64,000 nucleotides of DNA from the NCBI GenBank assembly GCA_003562475.1, contig PWUU01000074.1:4175-68174 (forward strand), written 5' to 3'. The position numbers and the translations under genes were made by a program. Each line of letters begins with the position of its first letter. The stretch's first letter is position 1. The notes under the pieces are model-generated. The model saw only the letters and a program-made list of their open reading frames with translations, did no database searches and was not told the origin of the DNA. This document shows positions 50,126 to 60,238 of this stretch, piece by piece. The DNA comes from Dehalococcoidia bacterium. GTDB taxonomy: Bacteria > Chloroflexota > Dehalococcoidia > GIF9 > AB-539-J10.

Positions 50126-50623
50126 ATGAGAAAGAGGGGGAAGATGGTGATTGCACTTGCAATCTCCATGCCGCTCATGCTTCTGGGTGGAGGCCTGGCA
50201 GTTGCTGCAGACCAGTTCACGGGATTACAGAACGCGACTGAAGGGGATTGGTCGACCATTCTGTCGGGCGGTAGCAGACTGTCCATGCCCTGTATATTGC
50301 GTGCGGGATTCACGGATTCAACACGGACTCAGGCTGGGGAATGGTGCAGGGTTTGCACTCAGGACCACGACGGCAACTGCGGAGAGGAGTGCTACGTGGC
50401 AGGGGCGTGCCCGGTTGACTGTCCCCTCGTGGCCGAGGGCGAGAGCCTCGCATGCTGCAAGGACGGGAACACTGGTAAGGAGTTCCGGGAATGCTGCCGC
50501 TTTCGTGATGCTCCGCCGGTAGAGACGACTCAATCGGCGGGTTATAGCGGATGTTCCAGGTGTGACTCGGAGCCCCTAAACGAGTATCCGCCCAATTCAC
50601 CGTGGTACACAGGGAATTCGTAG
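50126..50623 (+). CDS. Secreted Cys-rich hypothetical protein
   Basis: Signal peptide ending LAVA; 13 Cys including CxxC and CC pairs; RBS AAGGAGG. Confidence 0.7.
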   Translation: MRKRGKMVIALAISMPLMLLGGGLAVAADQFTGLQNATEGDWSTILSGGSRLSMPCILRAGFTDSTRTQAGEWCRVCTQDHDGNCGEECYVAGACPVDCPLVAEGESLACCKDGNTGKEFRECCRFRDAPPVETTQSAGYSGCSRCDSEPLNEYPPNSPWYTGNS

Positions 50624-50810
50624 CACCGGGCGAGTGGGTGCTACAGGCACCGGCAAATCTATCAGGACCTCACGTCCACGCCTTGACTTGTACCGGCCCC
50701 GGCGCACCTGCGGGGCCGGTCTCCACTGAACGTCAATGAGCTTTCAACATCATTACAATTCGACCAACTGTGATACCATGCCTTCCGCCATCCTGGAGAG
50801 TGCGGAAGAC

Positions 50811-51527
50811 ATGGCTGCAGGAACGATTCTGGTTGTCGACGACGAACCCAAAGTGTGCGATCTGCTGCGCGCCTATCTCGAGCGCAGCGGCTACGGCGTA
50901 CTGTGCGCCACAGACGGAGTCACTGCACTGGAGGTCGTCGAGCGCCGACACTCGGACCTCGTTCTTCTGGACCTCAATCTGCCCGGAATGGACGGCCTCG
51001 AGGTTTGCAGGGCACTGCGCCAGCGCTCCAGCGTTCCCATCATCATGCTCACCGCTCGCGATGAAGAGGCCGACCGGGTTGTCGGACTGGAGTTGGGCGC
51101 AGACGACTATGTGACCAAGCCGTTCAGCCCGAGAGAAGTGGTTGCCCGGGTGAAGGCCGTTCTCAGGCGTCGCGATCCTTCAGTAGACAACCGGCGTGCC
51201 ATGGTGCTCACCGATCTCGTTGTCGACCCATCCCGCTATGAGGTCACCTATCGAGACAAGCCATTGCGACTGACTTCCAGAGAGTTCGCCATCATCGAGT
51301 TCCTGGCGCGCAACCAGGGACATGTCTATTCGAGAACGCAGTTGTTGGACCACGTATTCGGCATCGACTTCGAGGGATATGAGCGCACCATAGATGCACA
51401 TATCAAGAACATCCGACAGAAGATGCTCGAAGCCTCGCCCGACACACCCACCCCATTGACCACGGTGCGGGGCGTCGGCTACAAGCTGGAGGCAGGCACG
51501 AATGCGCAGTCTGACACTCAAGCTTAG
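50811..51527 (+). CDS. OmpR-family response regulator
   Basis: [45 protein letters not shown]. Confidence 0.95.
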   Translation: MAAGTILVVDDEPKVCDLLRAYLERSGYGVLCATDGVTALEVVERRHSDLVLLDLNLPGMDGLEVCRALRQRSSVPIIMLTARDEEADRVVGLELGADDYVTKPFSPREVVARVKAVLRRRDPSVDNRRAMVLTDLVVDPSRYEVTYRDKPLRLTSREFAIIEFLARNQGHVYSRTQLLDHVFGIDFEGYERTIDAHIKNIRQKMLEASPDTPTPLTTVRGVGYKLEAGTNAQSDTQA

Positions 51528-52650
51528 CATCCTGTTCGTCCTTGTTTCGCTGGTGGCAGTCCTCGTCGTCGCACTCTGGGTGGGTCAGCGAGTTGAGGCC
51601 GAGTTCGCCGACTACTGTAGACAGGTATGTCCGGATAACTGCTGCGAGTCACACGGTGGGGGAGGGGATCATCAGGGTCGCTCCGTGACTGGAACGCTCG
51701 AACTGGCGTATCTGGATGCGATTCGAACCTCGTTGTGGCAGGCAGCCGTGGTCGCCGGGATTGCCGCCATTGGACTCGCGGTCATCTTCAGCCGACTCAT
51801 CACCAACCCCGTCAACAATCTCAAGGCTTCGGCTCAGCGCATTCGGGATGGGGATCTGTCTCAGCGGGTAGTCCCTCAAACCAGCGACGAGATAGGCGAG
51901 CTTGCAGTGGCCTTCAACAGCATGGCCGAGAAGTTGGAAGAGAATGAGAAGAGACGGAGACAACTGCTCGCGGACGTCGTTCACGAACTGAGGACTCCTC
52001 TTAGCATCATCCAGGGAAACCTCGAGGCATGGCAGGACGGCGTGGTCGTTCCCTCCCGGGAGACGATCACTCCGGTGCACGAAGAGGCGGTATTGCTGTC
52101 GCGCCTCATCACCGATCTCAGAGATCTTTCACTGGCAGAAGCAGGACAGCTAAGCCTTAGACGCGAAGCCGTCGATCTCTCTGCTCTCGCGACGTCGATC
52201 GTCGCTCCCTATCGAGAGTGGGCTTCGTCACAAGGTATTAACCTGACGCTGGTACTTCCCGACACGACTTTCCCCGACGTACATGCCGATCCTGTCCGAA
52301 TCGGACAGGTCCTCCGCAACCTGCTGGACAACGCGATGAGACATACTCCACGTAGGGGCGACATCGAAGTGCGGGTAGATCGACAGTCTGAGCCGTTTCT
52401 CACAGTCTCGGTCAGTGATACGGGCTCGGGTATTTCTCCCGAGGACCTGCCTCACGTGTTTGAGCACTTCTTCAAGGTTGACCCCGCACGTGAGCGCAGT
52501 CGATCCGGATCGGGGATAGGCCTGGCCATCGTCAAACAGCTCATCGAAGCACACGGAGGGTCAGTATCGGTTCGAAGCGAGCTCAGGAAGGGAAGCATCT
52601 TCTCCTTCACGCTTCCCGTGACCTCACCGCCGCCAAACCTTTCGAAGTAA
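51502..52650 (+). CDS. HAMP sensor histidine kinase (BaeS-like) with a short Cys/His-rich extracytoplasmic loop
   Basis: [26 protein letters not shown]; loop [20 protein letters not shown]. Confidence 0.95.
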   Translation: MRSLTLKLSILFVLVSLVAVLVVALWVGQRVEAEFADYCRQVCPDNCCESHGGGGDHQGRSVTGTLELAYLDAIRTSLWQAAVVAGIAAIGLAVIFSRLITNPVNNLKASAQRIRDGDLSQRVVPQTSDEIGELAVAFNSMAEKLEENEKRRRQLLADVVHELRTPLSIIQGNLEAWQDGVVVPSRETITPVHEEAVLLSRLITDLRDLSLAEAGQLSLRREAVDLSALATSIVAPYREWASSQGINLTLVLPDTTFPDVHADPVRIGQVLRNLLDNAMRHTPRRGDIEVRVDRQSEPFLTVSVSDTGSGISPEDLPHVFEHFFKVDPARERSRSGSGIGLAIVKQLIEAHGGSVSVRSELRKGSIFSFTLPVTSPPPNLSK

Positions 52651-52726
52651 CCTGTGATGAAGACGGCTTGACCTTGGGTTGACTGAGGTTGTAGCGTCTT
52701 GTAAACCCGGTCACGGAAGGCGGACC

Positions 52727-53719
52727 ATGAAAGCGCTCAGAGTTCTTGTGAACTCACCCCTGTTTGAGGACACAGTGCCACGCATCGCCGCCATGGATTC
52801 GCGCCTCGAAGTCCTCCACATCGGCCGCATGATGAAGGCAGAGAGAGCAGGTGATACCGTAGCCTCCAGGGAGCTGGACGACTTGCTCGAAACCGCGGAG
52901 GTGGTCGCGGGCATGCGGCTTCCAGACAGACTGCTGCGAAGGGCACCACGTCTCAAGTGGGTGCAACTTACGAGCGCGGGAGTGGACCACGCGCTGGATG
53001 ATACGCTTAGAGCCAGCAGTGTCGTACTGACAAATGCAGCTAATCTACACAGCTTCGCCATCGCCGAGTTCGCGTTCACCGCGTGTCTCACACTTGCGAA
53101 GAACGTGCGCGAGTGCTACAGGCAGAAAGAGGAACGACTGTGGCAACCATACAATCCCATCATCTTGCGGGGCAAGACAATGGGGATTGTTGGTTTCGGC
53201 CACATTGGTCGACGTGTTGCACGCATGGCTAATTCCTTCGAGATGGGGGTCATCGGCCTTCGCCGTTCACAAGCGGCACCAGGCAGCGCACGCTACGCGG
53301 ATCTGGTCCTGCCCACCACTCAGCTCTGGAGACTGCTGAAGGACAGTGACTTCGTGGTTCTGACACTCCCCCTCACCCGGGAGACTCATCACCTTATAGG
53401 TGAGGAGCAGCTTGCCCGCATGAAGCGATCCGCATTCCTTGTCAATGTATCGCGCGGCCCTATCGTGGATGAAGCTGCTCTCGCCAGTGCGCTAGAGCAC
53501 GGTGTCATCGCAGGTGCAGCTATGGATGTCTTCGCAGTTGAGCCCTTGCCGGATGACAGTCCCCTTCTTACTCTCCCGAATTTTTTCTACAGCCCGCACA
53601 TTGCTGGATGGCTTGCAGAATACCCCGAGATGGTGCTGGAGGTCTTCCTGAACAACCTCAAGCGCTACCTGAATGGAGAGAAGCTACGAAATTTAGTCAA
53701 CAAGCGGCGAGGATACTGA
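52727..53719 (+). CDS. D-2-hydroxyacid dehydrogenase (copy 1)
   Basis: SAGVD, GIVGFGHIG, NVSRG, DVFAVEPL, SPHIAG. Confidence 0.93.
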   Translation: MKALRVLVNSPLFEDTVPRIAAMDSRLEVLHIGRMMKAERAGDTVASRELDDLLETAEVVAGMRLPDRLLRRAPRLKWVQLTSAGVDHALDDTLRASSVVLTNAANLHSFAIAEFAFTACLTLAKNVRECYRQKEERLWQPYNPIILRGKTMGIVGFGHIGRRVARMANSFEMGVIGLRRSQAAPGSARYADLVLPTTQLWRLLKDSDFVVLTLPLTRETHHLIGEEQLARMKRSAFLVNVSRGPIVDEAALASALEHGVIAGAAMDVFAVEPLPDDSPLLTLPNFFYSPHIAGWLAEYPEMVLEVFLNNLKRYLNGEKLRNLVNKRRGY

Positions 53720-53849
53720 CACCACAGATGTGTTCGTCAGTCCGTGGACAGGCGTGCAACTGCCGATGTTCGGTAGTGCCTGCAAGAGCCTGGATCGACA
53801 GAACTGAACACAGGACATTCCGCAACCCGAGCGCAAAGGAGGACGCCAC

Positions 53850-54845
53850 ATGGAGCCCATCAACGTTCTGGTGAACGATGAGATAACCGAGGATGCGCTG
53901 CCTCGCATCGAGGCCATCGATCCGCGTATTAATGCACTCCACATTGGCAAACTGCTTACCGCCGAAACAGAAGGCGACGGTGAAGCCAAGGAACTCCTCG
54001 ACCGGCTCCTGAGCACAGCCGAGGTCTATGCCGGAATACGGATCCCCGCGCAACTCTTCAGTCGAGCACCCAACCTGAAGTGGATTCAGGTCACCCGCGC
54101 AGGAGTGGACAGGGTGCTCATGGACGCTGAGTTTCGCAAGAGCTCCATTACTCTGACCAATGTGGCCGGAGTCCATAGCTATGGACCGGCTGAGCTTGTC
54201 ATACAAGCGTGCCTTGTGCACGTAAAAGGAACCCTTGAATGCGCCAAACAGAAAGCGGCAAAGCGCTGGGAACCTTTTCAGACCGGCACCCTGAGGGGCA
54301 AGACTATGGGCATAGTCGGGTATGGCAACATCGGCCAAAGGGTGGCACGTGTCGCACAAGCGTTCGAGATGCGGGTCATTACCACCCGCAGGTCAACAAA
54401 GGCGCCTGGAAAAGCACGGTTTGCAGATCTGCTGCTTCCCATCGAACAGCTCAACCGACTCCTGTCTGAGAGCGATTTCGTGGTACTGACAACGCCACTC
54501 ACTCCAGATACGTACCATTTGATCGGGCCTGACCAGTTCTCTGTCATGAAGAGGGATGCGTTGCTCGTGAATGTCTCGCGGGGCCCAACGATCGACGAGG
54601 CTGCGCTTGCGCTCGCGCTTAGAAGCAAGCAAATAGCGGCAGCAGCGCTCGACGTATTCGAGACGGAGCCATTACCCCAGAACAGTCCCCTGTGGGACCT
54701 GCCAAATCTCATCTACAGTCCTCATATCGCGGGCAACGTACCGGCATACCCCCTGATGGTACAGGACCTGTTCGTACACAATCTGGAGCAGTATGTGAAG
54801 GGCGGCCGCCTCGATGGTATCGTCAACAAGAAGCGCGGATACTGA
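53850..54845 (+). CDS. D-2-hydroxyacid dehydrogenase (copy 2)
   Basis: RAGVD, GIVGYGNIG, NVSRG, DVFETEPL, SPHIAG; same C-terminus VNK.RGY as copy 1. Confidence 0.93.
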   Translation: MEPINVLVNDEITEDALPRIEAIDPRINALHIGKLLTAETEGDGEAKELLDRLLSTAEVYAGIRIPAQLFSRAPNLKWIQVTRAGVDRVLMDAEFRKSSITLTNVAGVHSYGPAELVIQACLVHVKGTLECAKQKAAKRWEPFQTGTLRGKTMGIVGYGNIGQRVARVAQAFEMRVITTRRSTKAPGKARFADLLLPIEQLNRLLSESDFVVLTTPLTPDTYHLIGPDQFSVMKRDALLVNVSRGPTIDEAALALALRSKQIAAAALDVFETEPLPQNSPLWDLPNLIYSPHIAGNVPAYPLMVQDLFVHNLEQYVKGGRLDGIVNKKRGY

Positions 54846-55034
54846 GGTTATGACAAATGTTGCGGGTCCCATGACCAGCGCCGGACATGCAAGAGACTTC
54901 GCCGGGGGTAATTGCCACCCCAGTGCGCAAGCTGCGGCATGTCGTCACCTCTCCATCCGCCTTGCCTCATGCTCTCCACTTGTCGTTGACATCCCACATT
55001 GTGTCGCAGTAGAGTGACCAGCACAGACAGGGAA

Positions 55035-55391
55035 ATGAAACCGAAATCCTGGAAACCAACAACTGCCGGGATTCTTGAGATAATCGCGGGAGCTCTGCAT
55101 CTCGTCGCAGGAGCGGCAATCGTTCTCCTCGCAGGAGCCGTGGCAGGCGGGCTGCGTCTCGCTGACTTGCCGGAACTCGCTTTCATGGTGCCATTCCCTC
55201 TCATCGCAGCAATAGGACTGCCGCTACTTCTGCTCGGCACCGTCACTCTGCTGGGTGGGATCAGTGCCATTCAGCGAAAGAGGTGGGGGCTGGCGCTTGC
55301 AGGCGGCATCTGCGCGCTCATTCCGGCACAGACACTGCTCGGCATTCTGGCAATCGTCTTCGTGGTCATGTCCCGAGATGAGTTTGAGTAG
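55035..55391 (+). CDS. Small membrane protein, tandem paralogue 1
   Basis: WKPTTAGIL..IAG ... GGISAIQRKRWGLALAGGICAL ... EF. Confidence 0.8.
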   Translation: MKPKSWKPTTAGILEIIAGALHLVAGAAIVLLAGAVAGGLRLADLPELAFMVPFPLIAAIGLPLLLLGTVTLLGGISAIQRKRWGLALAGGICALIPAQTLLGILAIVFVVMSRDEFE

Positions 55392-55457
55392 CCAGAAGAT
55401 CAGAGCTACACACATGTTATGTAAGTTAAGACACGAGGGAAGCAGGGGGATCGACCG

Positions 55458-55814
55458 GTGCAACGAACGTGGAAACCCGTCAGCGGAGGCGTCCTTAGCA
55501 TTGTAGCCGGAGCGCTCAGTGTGGCGCTGGGACTCCTTTTCCTCTTTCTCGGTGGCATCCTCTCAGGAGTGCTCGCCGCAGTCGGGCTGCCGGGTATTCT
55601 CTCATTTATTCCGCTGCCGATACTCGGCGGCGCCGCGATTCCTCTCTTCATTCTGGGCACGGTGGCCATTCTCGGTGGTTCATATGCCGTTCGCCGAAGG
55701 AACTGGCCTCTCGCCCTCGCCGGAGCAATCTGTGCCTTGTTTCCCCCTCAAGTGACCATCCTTGGCGCACTGGCAATTGTCTTCATCGTGATGGGGAAGA
55801 ACGAGTTCGACTAG
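55458..55814 (+). CDS. Small membrane protein, tandem paralogue 2
   Basis: WKPVSGGVL..VAG ... GGSYAVRRRNWPLALAGAICAL ... EF. Confidence 0.8.
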   Translation: MQRTWKPVSGGVLSIVAGALSVALGLLFLFLGGILSGVLAAVGLPGILSFIPLPILGGAAIPLFILGTVAILGGSYAVRRRNWPLALAGAICALFPPQVTILGALAIVFIVMGKNEFD

Positions 55815-55841
55815 TCTTGGTGAACTCCCTGGAGGTAGACC

Positions 55842-56303
55842 ATGCAGAAGACCTGGAGATCAACAGTAGCAGGAGTACTGGCGATTGTCGCGGGCGCGCT
55901 TATCCTCCTATTCGGGCTGATGCTCTCCCTGCTGATGCCGGTTGCGGCGGCCTACAGGTTCGCACTCATGACAGTAGTCCTGATCGGCGCACTATTCCTT
56001 GGGACAGGCATAGTGGCTCTCATCGGCGGCATCACCGCACTCCAACGTCGTCACTGGGGTTTAGCACTTGCTGGCTCGATATGCGCACTGATGCCTCCAG
56101 CAACGATACTTGGCATCGTTAGCATAGTCTTTGTCGCCCTCGCCCGTGAGGAGTTCACTTCCGTAACCGCCGAGACAGCAGGAGCAGCGGAGAGCACAAC
56201 AGGACAGGATACCCCCGCAACCACCACCTCACGACCAGACGCGGAACTCACATCCTACGATCGTGCACATACTGAAGCTGACGAAGAAGAGCGCAACGCC
56301 TAG
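55842..56303 (+). CDS. Small membrane protein, tandem paralogue 3 (acidic C-terminal tail)
   Basis: WRSTVAGVL..VAG ... GGITALQRRHWGLALAGSICAL ... EF. Confidence 0.8.
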   Translation: MQKTWRSTVAGVLAIVAGALILLFGLMLSLLMPVAAAYRFALMTVVLIGALFLGTGIVALIGGITALQRRHWGLALAGSICALMPPATILGIVSIVFVALAREEFTSVTAETAGAAESTTGQDTPATTTSRPDAELTSYDRAHTEADEEERNA

Positions 56304-56335
56304 ACCCCGAGTGGCATTCCCTCAGCGACATTCCG

Positions 56336-56869
56336 TCAACCGACACAGCGGCGATGACCGCGGCGCTTCTCCAGATACTGCTGATGATATTCCTCGGCAG
56401 GCCAGAAGGTTGCAGCGCCTTTGATCTCAGTGACAATAGGGCGACTGTACCGCCCTGTAGATTCCAGCTGGGCTCGTGACCTCATCGCCTTACCCTTCTG
56501 TTCACTATCATGGTAGAAGATAGCGGAGCGATACTGCGGGCCGACGTCCGGCCCCTGCCTGTTCAGCTGTGTCGGGTCGTGACTCGCCCAGAACACGTCA
56601 AGCAACGTTTCGTACGACACCATCGCAGGATTGTAGGTAATAAGGACCGACTCTGCATGACCTGTATTCCCTGTACAGACCCGCTCATAGGTCGGATTCG
56701 CGAGTGTACCCCCGGTGTAGCCGACGGTTACATCGACAACTCCCGGAACCCGCCTGAATGCCTCTTCGACACTCCAGAAGCATCCAGCAGCGAACGTTGC
56801 ATTCTTCAGCACCGGATCCTGCCTGATCGCGTCTGCTGCGCCATGAACGTCGTCGGACCGCATCCTCAA
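56336..56869 (-). CDS. msrA: Peptide-methionine (S)-S-oxide reductase
   Basis: FAAGCFW, GYTGG, TGHAE, QGPDVG.QYRS, AEEYHQ.Y. Confidence 0.96.
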   Translation of the reverse strand: MRMRSDDVHGAADAIRQDPVLKNATFAAGCFWSVEEAFRRVPGVVDVTVGYTGGTLANPTYERVCTGNTGHAESVLITYNPAMVSYETLLDVFWASHDPTQLNRQGPDVGPQYRSAIFYHDSEQKGKAMRSRAQLESTGRYSRPIVTEIKGAATFWPAEEYHQQYLEKRRGHRRCVG

Positions 56870-57382
56870 TCAGTCAGCCACTATGCCGGCGCTCTTCAGT
56901 GAGGGGAACGGCGGCCTGCTCCGCGCTCTTCGGTCCTTGAGCGCCCTATCACGAAGACCGATGAGAGAAATCATCAGCTGCTTGCGCTCTCGATCCGAGA
57001 GACCCTTCAGAATCTGCCTCACTGACTCACGCTGAAACGTCTTGAAACAGATGTCGCGGCCCCGGTCGGTGAGCATAATGGAAACCGCATTCTTGCGCTC
57101 CGGATCCGGAACGCGCTTGATCAGACCGTCCCTCTCCATCCGTGACAGTAATCCAGAGATGGAGTGCGGTTCTCTTACCAGCCAACGTGCAATCTCGGCT
57201 GGCCTCGTTCGTCCACCCATGGTGTGTATGACGAACATTACACCAGCCTGTACTGTGGATACGCCGTACTCCTCCAGTTCAAGCTCTCTCGCCTTGTAAA
57301 TAGCGTTCCTTGTCTGCTCAAGCAGCAGCCATAGTGCCTGATCTCTGTCATTACATGGATACTGAGTCGCTTTATCAGTCAC
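56870..57382 (-). CDS. MarR family transcriptional regulator
   Basis: ELEEYGVS..Q, EIARW, ISGLLSRMERDGLI.R, LTDRG; GTG 57382 after AGGAG. Confidence 0.9.
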   Translation of the reverse strand: MTDKATQYPCNDRDQALWLLLEQTRNAIYKARELELEEYGVSTVQAGVMFVIHTMGGRTRPAEIARWLVREPHSISGLLSRMERDGLIKRVPDPERKNAVSIMLTDRGRDICFKTFQRESVRQILKGLSDRERKQLMISLIGLRDRALKDRRARSRPPFPSLKSAGIVAD

Positions 57383-57449
57383 ACCTATTCTCCTGTAGTG
57401 CACCGCGGATTCTTGCCACTCCTGACCCGGCATGCGATCCGGACTCAAC

Positions 57450-57486
57450 TCAGTAGTCGAATCCGACTATTGAACGTATTCTAGCA
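57450..57486 (-). promoter_or_regulatory. Extended -10 promoter and palindromic MarR operator
   Basis: TGCTAGAAT followed by inverted repeat TCAATAGTCG-N4-CGACTACTGA (9 of 10 positions pair). Confidence 0.65.
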
Positions 57487-57556
57487 GACCGACTGCAGAC
57501 AGTCTAACAGAATCCTCTCGAATACGAATCTTGCTGTCGGGGACGCTGCCGGTATC

Positions 57557-58039
57557 TCAATCATGTCGCATGAACAGCTCCAGCCGAGCGAGTGATTCGC
57601 AGCTACCTGTCATTCGTCCGTCGCAGGTCACATCAACCTGCCAGTAACGCCTCAGTCCTTCCTGGCAGGCTGGCTTCAGTATTCCGGCATTCCAGTTGCG
57701 ACAGGAGTCGGGACGCGCATCGTAGATACCGCACAACGAGAATCTTGCGTCAGTTTGATCCCGACGAAGGAATACGCAGCCTCTTGCATCATGCTTGATC
57801 AGGTGGCTCGCGGGATCCGGCCAGCGAGGCTCATGGTAGCGGCCGACCCAGTTCCAGTAGTCTATACCGAGGTACTTGGCTATCCGTTCTGCTTCTGCAC
57901 GTGAGATACGCACCTGGTATACGCTGCAGCAGATGCCACAACGAATGCAGGGGAGTTCGACAGGTTGTTCCACCGTCGCAAACCTCGGAAGGAATTCGTC
58001 CGTTGGCCGCTCTCGACACCATCCCGGTGGGACGACCAT
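57557..58039 (-). CDS. YkgJ family cysteine-cluster protein
   Basis: CIRCGICC, CVFL, CGIYDARPDSCR. Confidence 0.88.
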   Translation of the reverse strand: MVVPPGWCRERPTDEFLPRFATVEQPVELPCIRCGICCSVYQVRISRAEAERIAKYLGIDYWNWVGRYHEPRWPDPASHLIKHDARGCVFLRRDQTDARFSLCGIYDARPDSCRNWNAGILKPACQEGLRRYWQVDVTCDGRMTGSCESLARLELFMRHD

Positions 58040-58150
58040 TGCTTGACTCCTCGATAGCAGTTATCCTATTGTGAGCGGCATAGTATAGCGCCAGGGCGCC
58101 GCGCAGTCACTTCGAATGCCACACATCCAATGGAACGAGGAGGAATCGTC

Positions 58151-58438
58151 ATGGCTCATGCCGCAGGAGCAGCAAGGGCAGCGGCTGCAGCAGCTATTGC
58201 ACGGGCAACCAAAGCTTCCGGGGCGTTCGCAAATATGGAGCCCGACGGCTTCCCGGCGATCGTGCACAAGCGCGAGAAACCACTCGTGGTCATCGCCACA
58301 GGATGGTTCCTCAGCAGATCCTTCCGGCACCTTGTTGGCTACAAGGGGTTCGTATTCCACACGAACCTCAGGAACGAATTTGTGCTGCCCGGCAAGGCTG
58401 ATGTCGTCCATGCAAGAACGGTATGGGCCCCGGGGTGA
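58151..58438 (+). CDS. Conserved small hypothetical protein
   Basis: Ala-rich N-terminus, AIARATKASGA, KPLVV, YKGFVF; RBS GAGGAGG. Confidence 0.7.
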   Translation: MAHAAGAARAAAAAAIARATKASGAFANMEPDGFPAIVHKREKPLVVIATGWFLSRSFRHLVGYKGFVFHTNLRNEFVLPGKADVVHARTVWAPG

Positions 58439-58511
58439 TCGTGTCTTGCGCAGCAGCGGTGATCACCCCGAAATACGCGCCCACGAGTGATCTATTACGA
58501 CATGCTCCATC

Positions 58512-59414
58512 ATGAACGTACCTGAGATCAAGCTTCGCAGTCTGGCCGAGGCGGCAGCCCTTATCAAGAGTGGCAGTCGCATCCACCTCGGCGGGATGGC
58601 CGTACATAACCATCCCATGGCCTTCGTCTATGAGCTCATTCGCCAGGGAACTCGAAACCTCACCATCGTCGGTCACGTAAGCGCGAGCGACGTCGACATA
58701 CTTATCGGCGCAGGCCGGGTAAGACGGCTGGAATTCTCCTACGTAGGGCTTGAAGAGTTCGGCACGGCACCCTGCTTCAGGAGAGCTGTCGAGGCAGGAG
58801 AAATAGAGCTTTCCGAATACAGCGAGCCCGTGGCGTTTGAACGGTTTGCATGCAGTGCACGGGGCATGCCGTTCTTCACCACACGTGAGATGATAGGTAC
58901 CGACCTCCCGCGCGTCAACCCGGACATAAGAGAGATCTGCGACCCGTTCGGAAGCGGCACCTATCATGCGGTGTCAGCCGCCGAGCCTGAATGGGTAATC
59001 ATCCACGCACCGGCAGGTGACAGATACGGAAACGTTCTCTTCTTTCCATACCGACAGCTACCTGAGGATCTCGACCTCACCGCCACACGCACCACAAGGA
59101 ACTTGATTGTAACGGTCGAACAGATAGTGTCCCACGATAGGGTGAAACAGTCACCCTACCTTAACCTCATTCCACGATTCAGAACGACCGCCATCGTTGA
59201 GGCGCCATATGGCGCTCATCCTTTCTCCTGCCTGCACGTGTATGACCAAGACAGGAATCACCTCGGACACTACGCATCGGTTGCGCGAACCACTGAAGGA
59301 TTCAATCGCTATCTCGATGACTATGTTTACTCGGTGCAGACACACGACGCATACCTTGAACTGATTGGCGCGGCGAGACTCGCGAACCTTCGACAGATCG
59401 GGGGTATTCTGTGA
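58512..59414 (+). CDS. CoA-transferase subunit A (glutaconate CoA-transferase-like)
   Basis: HNHPMAFVYELIRQ, DILIGAG, A.GMPF, IGTDL, D.YGN, PYGAHP. Confidence 0.92.
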   Translation: MNVPEIKLRSLAEAAALIKSGSRIHLGGMAVHNHPMAFVYELIRQGTRNLTIVGHVSASDVDILIGAGRVRRLEFSYVGLEEFGTAPCFRRAVEAGEIELSEYSEPVAFERFACSARGMPFFTTREMIGTDLPRVNPDIREICDPFGSGTYHAVSAAEPEWVIIHAPAGDRYGNVLFFPYRQLPEDLDLTATRTTRNLIVTVEQIVSHDRVKQSPYLNLIPRFRTTAIVEAPYGAHPFSCLHVYDQDRNHLGHYASVARTTEGFNRYLDDYVYSVQTHDAYLELIGAARLANLRQIGGIL

Positions 59415-60238
59415 CACGCCAGCCCGCCAGCATCTACGAGATCATGGCAACGGTCATCGCACGCGAGTTGCGAGACAATGAGCTGTGGTTTCTCGGGCTC
59501 TCCACGGGCCCACAGACAATACTCATGCTGACCCGTATCCCCATCGTCGGGATGGCGCTTGCCCAGTACACACATGCCCCAAATTCGTGGATGCTCGTTG
59601 CTGGATGGGTGATGAATCCTACTGTAAGCAGTGTGCCCACCCAAATGGAGAGCGAGTTTGGGACAGCCCTGGGACGGTGGCCGGCAGAGGCCTTCAACAA
59701 CAGCCTGTCCATGTCGTACGTCGCAGCCCGCCACGAGATCGACGTCGGATTTGGCTCCGCAGCACAGGTCGACAAGTACGGCAACTGTAATACTGTAGCG
59801 ATAGGCGACTATGCCCGTCCGAAGGTTCGCCTCATTGGGCCGGTCAATCAGCCAGGTCACTTCTCACTCTTCGGGCGTGAGATCATCATCCTGCCCCATG
59901 AGAAGCGCAACTTTGTCGACAGGGTTGACTTCATCTCGGGTGCAGGTTATCTCCAGGGCCCCGGCTGCAGAGAAGCGGCAGGGCTCCATCAGGGTGGGCC
60001 CTGCATGATTCTGACCGATAAAGGAGTCTTCCGGTTCGATCGCGACACCAAGCTCGCGCAACTCGAGTCCATGCATCCCGGAATCACACTCGATGAGGTG
60101 GTCGAAGAGACAGGCTTCGTTCACGACTATGTGCCGCAATCTGTCTCCGTAACATCGCCACCCAGCCAGGATGAGTTGTTGCTCATACGTGAGCAAATAG
60201 ACCCACGCAATGTCCTGCTGCCTCCTTCTGCATACTAG
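59411..60238 (+). CDS. CoA-transferase subunit B
   Basis: AQVDKYGN.N, FVDRVDFISG.G, TDKGVF, HPG; GTGA overlap with subunit A. Confidence 0.92.
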   Translation: MTRQPASIYEIMATVIARELRDNELWFLGLSTGPQTILMLTRIPIVGMALAQYTHAPNSWMLVAGWVMNPTVSSVPTQMESEFGTALGRWPAEAFNNSLSMSYVAARHEIDVGFGSAAQVDKYGNCNTVAIGDYARPKVRLIGPVNQPGHFSLFGREIIILPHEKRNFVDRVDFISGAGYLQGPGCREAAGLHQGGPCMILTDKGVFRFDRDTKLAQLESMHPGITLDEVVEETGFVHDYVPQSVSVTSPPSQDELLLIREQIDPRNVLLPPSAY

